A stretch of 20,295 nucleotides of DNA from Vitrella brassicaformis CCMP3155 (taxonomy: Eukaryota > Protista > Chromerida). Under the pieces are notes generated by a model that was not told the origin of the DNA, ran no database searches, and saw nothing but the letters and a program-made list of their open reading frames with translations. Position numbers and translations under genes: made by a program. Positions 7,590 through 17,173 of this stretch are shown one piece after another. The stretch lies in contig CDMY01000784.1 of the NCBI GenBank assembly GCA_001179505.1, positions 1 through 20,295 of the forward strand, read 5' to 3'. Each line of letters starts with the position of its first letter. Position 1 is the first letter of the stretch.

Positions 7590-10500
7590 ATGCGTGCTCG
7601 CCAGAGCGACGACTTGCATAGTTCACGGCGCCGCAGCGGTGAGTGCGATGGGGTGGAGTGCGTTCACATGGAAGCCAGCCCAGGGGAAAGAGGCAGGCAG
7701 TGCAGAGATGCGTAACGCATGCTGCGTCGAATCATGTCTCTCTCTCTTCTCCTGTCGTGCCGTTCTCTCAGAACACCCCGTCCATCCCCCTCTTCCCGCC
7801 AGCATCCGCCCCGCACGAGCACCAGCAGCGACTGCCCGACGCCCCTCTGTCCACCACATGACTTACCAAGGCAAACAGATCAAGGTCACGACCTACGGCA
7901 CCCGTGAGGAGGCCATCGCGGCCAAAGAAGAGGAGGCGAGGAAGAAGGCGGCGGCAGAGAAGGCCAAGAGGGAGAGGGCAAAGCGCGCCGAGGAGTGTCA
8001 GAGCACCGGCCTTCCCCGGGGTGGCAGGGGCGGCCACGCTGCCCTCACCGGGCCGGCAGGGCAGCTGGCGTCGGCCCTTGACATTGACCGGCAGCTGCAG
8101 CTGGCCGGCGCGTGGATTTCGGGACTGCCAGAGAGAAGCGAAGTCAAGGCCAGGCTGGGAGAGCGGTGGGAGCAGCTGGCTGAGCTCCACGTGAGCACAG
8201 CAGTCGCGGCGGGGAGGGACGAGAGGGCGGCCGTGGGCGCCCAGGTCAGGGGGCTGTTTCAGTGGACACTTGAGGCAGTGATAGTTGAGAATGTCTTCTG
8301 CGGGGTGACATGCGCGATCAAAGGTACGCACACACGCCCATACAGACAAGACACACACGCAACCATGCCTTTCATGCGGACGCCTCTTTCATTATTCCTC
8401 TCTTATGCGTCTTCAGTGTTTGGCGAACTCAAGAAGGCCGTCAGGACGGGGGATTGCAGCGGCAGCCGTGACAGGCGCAGCAATGGCCAGTCTGTGCTCC
8501 GCCCACAGAAGACCGTCATCGCACACGACACCAGCCGTGCCCCGCGCAACCACCTCCACCCACCCGGCCGCCCCCAGCCGTCCCGAATCCCACCCCCCAG
8601 GTCGCCCCCACGCTCGCCAGATGCCATCGAGGAGATGGATCTCGACGCCCCCGGCGAGGGCAAGGAGGCGGAGGGAGGGGCCGAGGATGAGCGGCACCAT
8701 GACGACGGGTAAATAGCGTACCACACTGCCATGCAATCAAGGACAAGAATCACGTGTCCTGCCTGCCTGCCTGCAGTGCGCATGGTGGCGAGGATGGTGC
8801 CGACGACACCGACGACCAGGAGCATGGCCCCCAAGCGCCCGACATCGATGCTCCCGTCGCAGCTGCAGGTCCGCCCCCTGGCCAGGAGAGAACGGAGAGG
8901 AGGAACGCGACGAGACCGACGAGGCTGCTGACGCCGACGAGGCCAACCCCGAGGCTGCGAATGACGCTGGGGAGGCTGACGAGATGATGCATGACGAGAC
9001 CGAGGAAGAAGCTGGATGTCGCGAGGGCGGTGATGCGTTGGACGACGCGCAAGACGATGATAATGCCGATGATGGGTAAGTCGGATGAGAAGAGAAGAAT
9101 CCACAGACAGACAGACAGACAGACCATTGGATCACCCTTTGTCATTCCGTTTCTCGCTTGCCTGCATCCCTTCCTGCAGGTCTTCCCCTCCTCGCTCACC
9201 TCCCAGGTCGCCCCCCCACTCGCCCGGTGATATCGACATGAACATCGACCCCCCCTCGCCCCCACACGACCCAGAAAACGGCCAACAGCACGACGGGCCG
9301 GGCCCAGAGGAGTCTCCTCAGCTCGAGCAGGAGGGACGGGAGGCGCATTGCGATGGCGATGATCCCGATGACGTCGATGAGGCACAGGCTGAGGAGCTGG
9401 ATGCGGACGAGGAAGAGCGAGGGGGTCGTGAGGCTGCCTACAAGACTGCTGCCGTCGGTCAGCAGGTGCGTGAGGATGGATTGATGGATGAAGGCCACCA
9501 TGCGGGCCAGGACGACGCCCGCGACAACCGGCACGGCCGCGGCGGGTACGTTTCTGCCAAGTGGAGGAGGAGAGGGGAGGAAACAAGTTCCATCCAGTGC
9601 ATCTGTCCCTTTCTCTGCGTGCATGCAGCCCTGGTCACGGTGACGAGAAGAATGATGCCGAGCAACGGCCACAGGGCGGTGAGGGGCAAGAGCAGCAGCC
9701 CGACCCCAACCAAGGCGGTCAACGCGGACAGCAGGCTGATGACGATGACGACCAGCAGCAGCCGCCGGGCGGTCAGGAGGCTGCCGATGGGCAGGACGGT
9801 CCCAGGTCCCTTCCCATGTCGCCCCCCCACTCGCCAGAAGCCGTCGACATGAACATCGACCCGCCTTCGCCCAGCCAAGAGGGTGGCGATGGTGAGCAGC
9901 AGCGGCATCAGCTGATGGATGAGGTTGAGGAGCAGCCCCACCGTAGCTTCGAGGACGACCGTGATGCGGACATGGACCGCGGCCGCGGTGAGGCGGCCGA
10001 GTCGCCTGACGATGATAATGGCGGACAGCCTGACATGGACCCACACAATGACGGGTACGCATGCGTCAGCAGACATCACTCACCACCTCTCTTTGCATGG
10101 TCCCTCTTCCCTCCCTGTGTGACTGCAGTGCTGACAGTGAAGGCAGTGAGGGTCAGGAAGCTGGCCGTGACGGCGAGGGGCTGGGTGACGGCCCGCATGA
10201 CCAGCAGCACGACGACGGAGACGCCGAGGCTGGCGGTGGTGGCTCAGTGGGCGAAGATGAGGCTGCTCCTGCCGCTGATGGCAGGTGATAAGAAATGCAG
10301 GAGGTGTACATGCCAGCATTTGATCACCCCCTGTCGATTGGTGTCTTTCCTACGTGCCCTCCTGGCTGCAGGCCCTTCCCTCCCCGCTCACCCCCGCCCC
10401 CCCACTCGCCCGGCGGTGATCTCGACCCCCATTCGCCCCCACACGGCCAAGACAACGGCCAACAGCATGACGGGCCGGGCCCAGGCGAGGCGCGTTGCGA

Positions 10501-11720
10501 TGCTCACGATCCCGATGACGTCGACGAGGCACAGGCTGAGGAGATTGATATGGGCGAGGAGGGGCAGGAGGGTCGTGACCGTGACGCCGGCGACAACGAG
10601 GTGCGTGAGGACGGGTTGATGGATGAAGGCCACCAGGCGGGCCAGGACGACGCCCGCGACAACCGGCACGGCCGCGGCGGGTACGCAGCTGGCTGGCAAG
10701 TCAAGAAGGAGAGGAGAGAGGGAGGGAGGGAGTGCATCCATCACCTGTGTGTTTGTTGTCTTTTCTGCATGTCTGCAGCCCTGCCACTGGCACCTGCCGC
10801 CACTCACGCTCTTCCATCGCCCGCGGACTCCGCGAGGAAGCGGCCCCTGCGGCTGCAGCGGCTGCCGCGAGTGTGGGTGGCGGCCAGAGGCCGCGCGAGA
10901 GGATGCTCATCGACGACGATGCTGCCCAACCCAAACCGCCGGCAGGCACAGCAGCAGCAGCAGACGATCGTAAGGACGCCAATGACGATCAGCGTGAGTG
11001 TGCGGACGGGCGCGGCGGGGATATGGCTGCGGGTGGCGCTGGCTTCTCGCGTGAGGACCGTGAGGGCCGTGGCCGTGCCGGTCGTGGTCGTCGTGTGGAC
11101 AGGGGGGATGGGAATGATGGGCATGATGACTATGATCATGACGATGAGATGGGTATCGGTGAGCGGACAGACCACACACCACGTACGTGCGTCGATCTGT
11201 ACATACATTCCCTCTCCCTCTCTCTGTGTGGTGTGGTGTGGTGTGTATATTTAATTACTTATCCATGCAGACCTAGAAGGCCCTGCAGCTGCAGCAGCAG
11301 CTGCAGCTGCAGCAGCAGGAGGTGCTGACGACGTTCTAGTGCCATCACCAGATGGCGGCGAATTCGCCGGGTAGGTACCTCACGCACCCACACGTCGAGA
11401 AAGGCACACGTACGTACATTGAGACAAACGACTCTCGTCAGATATCTGCCTGTTCTTCTGTCTAAAGGGTCCCTCCCTCCATCCTTCAGCAGCCTGACGG
11501 CGACCTCGATGACGATGTGCCGCTGGCTGCACGCCGCAAGCGCCGACATCGAGAGCCGGCCGACACCATTGATGGAGATCGCCAGGATGGCCGTCCATCG
11601 CCGCCCAAGAGGGCCCGTCGTGAGGCTGCCCGTGGTGCTGGTGCTCGTGCTGCTGCTGCTGCTGGCGGTGGTGTGGAGTGGACTCGCGACGAGAAGGGGC
11701 GCCTGAAGCGCCTGAATTAG
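7590..11720 (+). CDS. ~1060-aa putative nuclear protein: AP2-like motif, coiled coil, long acidic SP-rich disordered region; one frameshift (possible pseudogene)
   Basis: Exons 7590-7638, 7772-8323, 8417-8708, 8777-9075, 9180-9545, 9629-10054, 10129-10284, 10372-10680, 10779-11158, 11271-11370, 11468-11720. All are GT-AG and phase-consistent except exon 4 (299 nt). MTYQGKQIKVTTYGTREEAIAAK resembles the C-terminal half of an AP2 domain (weak). NLS-like RRKRRH and PPKRARR near the end. The first exon is tentative. Confidence 0.7.
9180..10778 (+). repeat. internal exon+intron duplication (9180-9628 vs 10372-10778)
   Basis: Both copies encode SPP..HSPG..D..NGQQHDGPGP..DPDDVDEAQAEE..VREDGLMDEGH.AGQDDARDNRHGRGG. 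Both are followed by a GTACG donor, a GA-rich intron and a TGCAG|CCCTG acceptor. Confidence 0.9.
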
Positions 11721-13333
11721 CCAGCCGCCCCTGCGTTCGTGCGTGCGTGTATGGTGTTCATTCGATGTGGGCGTGTTGGGGGGGCAGTGTGCATAGTTGG
11801 CCGGGTGCGTGTGTGGCTGATGGATGATGCATGTATGGGAGCAGGGGAGGATCGATGACATACATACACACATGTATGGCTTGACGGTTGGTGGAGTGGT
11901 GGAAAGAGAGAAAAGGAGAGTGTACAGTATCCCGGCAGATGTGTTGGGTGGGTGAGCGGTAGGTGGGTGGATGGATGGATGGATGAATTATTCACCAACC
12001 AAGTGGTACTATAAGGAGGGGCGCGCCAAGTGCCAATCCCGCCCCAATACGCACACGCACATACACGACACAGAGAGAGGGATAGCCTGCATCCATCCGA
12101 GGCTGTGCTGCTGATTGTATTGCCATGTGTGTGAGAATGGGTGTCGGACTGTGTCGTTCGCCTGGGTGCTCATTGCGGTTGCATGCACATGTGAGGCCGT
12201 GATGCTGATGTCTCACATTTATGCTCTCAGTGGATGTGCTTTCCTTTGATGGCCATTTAACAAACTGATAGGGGCCATCTAGTGCCGTGTACATGTACCT
12301 TGTTTGTGAGTAGACTGCTGCCTGGCTGTCCTGCTTTTCTTTGTCTGGGCTCGTTTAGTGTGATTGGTTTATCTCATTCATCTACGGTGCCTTTTTTCGT
12401 GCATGTGCATGGTGTATCGTGGCCTGCACACACATGCCTTCACCTACATCTCATCCTCTCTGTGTGTGGCCACCCTCTCTCCCCCTCTCTCTGTCACACC
12501 TGCCTGCATTCCATCCAACCAACGCACACAAGTACACAGTACCCCTGGCCGATGTGCTAAGCACGCCTGTCTTTGCATGTGTGCGTGTGTGCGTGTGTGT
12601 GGCATGGTACAGGGCAGGGCGGCGAGTACTTATGTAAAGATCATTGAGTGGCGGGGGTGAGTGGAGTGCATCCATTGCATACGCAGGGTGGGCTGGCAGG
12701 CAGAACAGACACACAGACACACACCCTGCCTGCTGCTGCCTGCCTGCCTGCCTGCCTTTCTTCCACTCCCTGTGCGTATGCTCGTATGCACACATAGATA
12801 CCCTCCCCAGACCGGCTGTGTGTGGTGCTTTTCCGTGCCTTTGTGTGTGAATGGCGGCTCTGTGTGTGTGCCGATTGTGTGTTATACATACGAATGGACG
12901 GCTGGCTGTGTTTGAGCGTGTATACATGGATGTGGACAGTGTGTTCGTTGACGATGGTTGGGCATGGTTGCACAGAAGAGTGGGTGAGCATGGGATGGAT
13001 GGATGGATTACAGATCGACTTGCCATGGCTTTGCCTTCAAAACTTCATACCCATCCAACCGTCACACATGCAGTTTTGGTTAAACACACACGCACGCAGG
13101 GAAATATACGCCATTCCTCATACACCCAGAAAGTGACCGACAAGTTGAAAAACATCAGCCAACCACACTCAACACACACAGAACGCCACATCCACCAACT
13201 ACACATACAACGCTCACGCAGAAGGGCCCATGTCTACCAGATAGATGCCTGCCTACATGCCGCCTTCCTTACACTCTCTCTGCCTATCGATCGGTCCTCT
13301 CTGAGTCCGTCAGCTAGCCTGTCAGCCATTCAG

Positions 13334-14987
13334 TCAGTCAATGGTGTATATGGTGATGTAGTCGAACATGACGTCTCCCTCCCCACTGACCACCTTGCCC
13401 TCCTTGCTGCCGTAATAGCAGTCGGGCGGGCTGGTGGTGTCTCCCTCCGCCCGGTAGTTGGTGATGGTCGACAGCCACACGTGGAAGAGGTTCTTGGGGA
13501 TCTTCTCGTACGGCCCATCCGGCGCACTGGGGTCCGTCTTGGCCCTCACCTCGTGGATGAGGCTGCCGTCAAGGTACCAGGCCGCCCGCTCGCGGTCGAA
13601 CCAGAGGGAGAACTTGTGATATTTGTTGGTGAGACCGAGACCGCCTGCGGCTTTGATGTCGTCTTGGTCTCCGCCCATCTTCTCGGCATCTATGGTGGTG
13701 GTCTTCCCCTGCTCTGGGCGGCTCACGTCGACCTGTTGGCCGGGCTGCCATCTGCTGCCGGTCAGTCGCTCGAGTCTCAGGGGCAGGCCACCTCCGCCCC
13801 CCGTCCATCTGTAGACGCCGTAGTAGAACTCGGAGGGGCCGAATGAGCCGAAGTGCTCGAAGACGTCGAACTCGCTCCTGGGCCCGTATGTCATGGGGTG
13901 CAGGTTGTTGCCTCCGTCTGAGTATGACGTCCAGAAGGCTTCGTGCCACCCAGGCGTCTTGGTCATCTTGACGCGTGTCTCGAAGTAGCCGTACCTGCAC
14001 ATGAAAGGCAGGCCACAGGAAACACAGCAGACGGACATGAGAGAGAGAGTCGTCTCTTTCCGACTGGCGATTCGCTTACGTGTATCGTTGTCTCGTGATG
14101 ATGCCTCCGCCAGAGAACCAGGCATAGCACGTCTGCTGAACCTTCACCCGCGACCCATCTGCCTTTGTCACGTACTTGGACTTGGTGTACGGCAAAGGTG
14201 TCTTGAGGTAGCGCAGCTTGATGACCAGCTTGCCGTTCTCCTGACTGACGTAACTCGGGTCGCAGTAGGAGTTGCGCCCGCACAGCTGTCCTGGCTGCCG
14301 GTACATGAACTTGTTAAGGTTGAGGGAATCCCGGTCGAATTGGTCGTACAACGCTGGCTTGAAGTGAGAAGGGAGGCGCACAGCGGTCGGCGGCCTTGCC
14401 GTCAACAAGAACGGCGGCGAATTAGGTAGCTTTGCATTGGGCACCCACCGTACGTGATGACCCTGCCCGTCGTCTTTAAGCCCATCGCCTGGCGATAAGA
14501 TGCCTCCCGGCCGGACCGCCATACGAAACTGCCTTGGCTTCGAGGCACCGCCCCGTTCCACGACGGCCGTCAGGACCTCATGTTGATGCCTGCCGTCTTG
14601 GCTGCGATTGAGGGGGGTGATGAGTACTGCGTCTGCTTCTGCGCGAGGCGGCGGGCGGTCAAAGGCATCGATGAAGCCTGCAGAATGGTCGTCGGCATCG
14701 TCAGCGGGGGACAAGACGCCTTGGCTTTCCGTCACGATCATGGGCTGTGCAAAGAAGGATCTGCCGATGATCCCTTTGTCTTGCAAGGGGCCGCCCGCGT
14801 CTCGGATCTTGCGCTGGCCTTGCCGCAGTTGGCCCATAGGCTGCTCCCGCCGTCCGTAGCCTTCATCGAGCTGGGTCTGGAGAGAACCGCTCGAGTCTGC
14901 CTTTTTCGGCGCGATGCATACCACCGATGGCACAACGCATAGAACCAGCAATGCACCGGCAATGGCGCCTGTCGTGTGGGACGGCAT
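13334..14987 (-). CDS. secreted glycoside hydrolase family 16 (beta-bulge EXDXXE type), 522 aa
   Basis: Exons 14987-14080 and 13994-13334; the 85-nt GTAAGC..GCAG intron joins in phase. Signal peptide MPSHTTGAIAGALLVLCVVPSVVC. Motifs YVSQENGKL, QRYTYGYFETRVKM..PGWHEAFW, catalytic EFDVFE, FHKF-like YHKFSLWFD..WYLDG. Confidence 0.9.
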
Positions 14988-15073
14988 CTCGTCTCTGCGA
15001 GGAGAGGGCCGGGTGGAAGGGACCTTTCGTTTACATCTCCATGTAAACACTCACTCCCGCGTTTTTCGCGGCG
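14988..15073. promoter_or_regulatory. 86-bp shared bidirectional promoter/5' UTR region
   Basis: Lies between the divergent ATGs at 14987 (-) and 15074 (+). Contains the inverted repeats GTTTACAT-ctcc-ATGTAAAC and CCGCG-ttttt-CGCGG. Confidence 0.6.
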
Positions 15074-16560
15074 ATGAGTGAAGAGGCTTTGAGTGCGCGG
15101 GTCGCTGCGCTGCAGCTGGCTTTTGAACAACATAGAGAGAAGACCCAACAGGTATATGTACACACAGAATGAACGCCGGACGGATGGAGAAGACCCATCG
15201 GGCTGGATATCTGTGCATGTTCAGGAGATACGTAGCATTAAGGACCGTCATGAGCAACAGCAGGCGGCGTTGGCGCAAAAGGCACAGGTGAATAAATGAA
15301 CCATCCACAGTGCCACAACGCAGGCAGTGCAGATCTGTGTGCACACATGCGTGTAGGAGTCTGCTGGGGAGGCTCGCCTCCGTTCTCGGCTGGAGAGTGA
15401 GATAGCTGCCCGCCAAGCACTCGCACAGCAAGTGCAGGTAAGAGATAGCTTCGGAGAAGGGCTAATGACGTCTGGCTCTCTGCTGGCTGGCTCTGTGTGC
15501 GTGTCAGGAGCAGCGTCGGTATTTGGTTGAAGAGGTGTCGATTGACGTGAGAGTGGAGTTCGATGATGAGATCAAAGAGGTCAAGGAGACCATCGAGGAG
15601 GTGATGGCTGGGGTCTGCTACAACCTCGAGCAAATAGCGTTTCACTACGGCCGAAACGTTCCATCGGTAAGCAGCAGGCATCACCAAAGTTTCGCCGCCA
15701 TGCAGGTTACTCATTCATTCGGGCCATACACATATATGTATGCTGGCTGCAGAGTAAGGGTTTGAAGCTCATGATGGTGGCTGACCAGCTGTGCCAGCTC
15801 GGCAAACAGGTACATATGCATCCGAGACACGGCACAAACGTGTGTGTTAATCGTGGGTTTGTGCGTGCAGTTCTTGCGTTTGTCCTCGCTGTGCGGCCAA
15901 TACCGTTTCCTTCGGGAGTGGCTGGGTGGCTTTATGGCCCTCAAATCAATGAACCTGCTATACAAGTAAAGATTTTTCACACACACACACACACACACAC
16001 TTTTACTTGGATCGAAGGCGTCTGTATGCGTGTTCTTCTTCTCTAGGTCGTCACGGGATGGCCAGAAGTACCCAACATTCCTCGACAAGACCCGTGGCGT
16101 CCCCCGGCCATTCATACTCATCCGTTACGGTCCCAGCCACCTCTTTGGCTGCACCATCGACGGGCCGCTCACAGAGCCCGAAGACCCTCAACATTACGCA
16201 TTCACCCCCCGCCCCGTGTCCCTCTACAGCATCAGCGGCGCGTATGACATGCCTTGTGAGATCCCCATACCAACAGATAAGCCACAGGTGGTGGGGGTGG
16301 TGGGCCGGGAGGTAACGAACCACAGCGCATCAGCTGTATTGATTAGTGCGTGGGAGGTGGCAAACCTGCGGTTGGCGTTTGCGAGGCCTGGCACGACTGT
16401 TACCCCCAGCGCGTCGTCCATGTTGGTCAGGAAGGAGCATTTGCCGAGGGGCTTCCAGGGCCCGACGACCAGGGACTCACCTGACGGCGTCTACGGCACT
16501 CTGGCAGGTGTGGCGTACTTCAGCCCCACTGAAGTGGAGGTGTGGGCTCTGACACCCTAG
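15074..16560 (+). CDS. coiled-coil + TLDc-domain protein, 348 aa
   Basis: Exons 15074-15151, 15225-15287, 15357-15437, 15508-15666, 15753-15809, 15871-15965 and 16047-16560 are all in phase. LLYKSSRDG..FLDK..HLFGCTIDG and EVEVW are TLDc motifs. Confidence 0.88.
15977..16000 (+). repeat. (CA)n microsatellite in the last TLDc intron
   Basis: Uninterrupted CA run between donor 15966 and acceptor 16046. Confidence 0.85.
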
Positions 16561-17057
16561 AACACATACAATCGGTGAGGAAATCATGCAAATACGCAAC
16601 GCAATACGGTCTGATGTCGTATCGGTCCCTTTCTGTCTCAGATGGGTGCCTTCGTAGCTGGAGTATATCTTGCGGGCGCGTCGCCAGCGGCATTAGTGTG
16701 TGTGTTTTGACCGCCGCCTTGCCGATTCCATGTCCACTTCCCTACGGACAATGCATGTGAGCTGACCAAACACTATTGATGGATGGACTTGATCGATGTG
16801 GTTGGGTGCGACCGCAATGATTTCATGCAAACGGCGTGCGTACAGCGATTAACGGCCCAGCTAAGTGTGACGGTCCACACACAGAAACAAATGGCGTCCA
16901 TAACAAGACCAGACACTGCAGCCGTGCGTGACATGCCCGCATTCGTGTCCTCATGTCTCTCTCCCTCTGCGTGTTTGAGTGTGAGTACATTGAATCCCTC
17001 CCACTGCACACATTACTGTACAAAAGAAAACTCCTGACTGAGTGCCTACCCCGACAA

Positions 17058-17084
17058 ATCAGATCAGATCAGATCAGATCAGAG
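17058..17084 (+). repeat. (ATCAG)n microsatellite between the convergent TLDc and BCCT 3' ends
   Basis: About five tandem ATCAG units are visible. Confidence 0.85.
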
Positions 17085-17173
17085 AGACTCGCACCTTTCT
17101 GACAAATAGCCCCACCCACCAGAAATTCCCATCCCACACACGAACACACATATCGCCTATATCGTCGCACCCA

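Noticed and set aside
8400-11210. Long alternative-frame and antisense ORFs (e.g. 8750-9586, 9196-10062, 9561-10619)
   Set aside because: GC-rich low-complexity shadows, or read-through of introns of the + strand gene.
11721-13333. Possible small gene or exons in the microsatellite-rich gap (e.g. KWYYKEGRAKCQSRPQY near 12000; ORF 12851-13846)
   Set aside because: No phase-consistent exon chain or recognisable domain; 12851-13846 largely overlaps GH16 antisense. Treated as UTR/intergenic.
15137-15197. 11-nt GAGAAGACCCA repeated between TLDc exon 1 and intron 1
   Set aside because: One such short-range match is roughly expected by chance in 20 kb, and the similarity does not extend.
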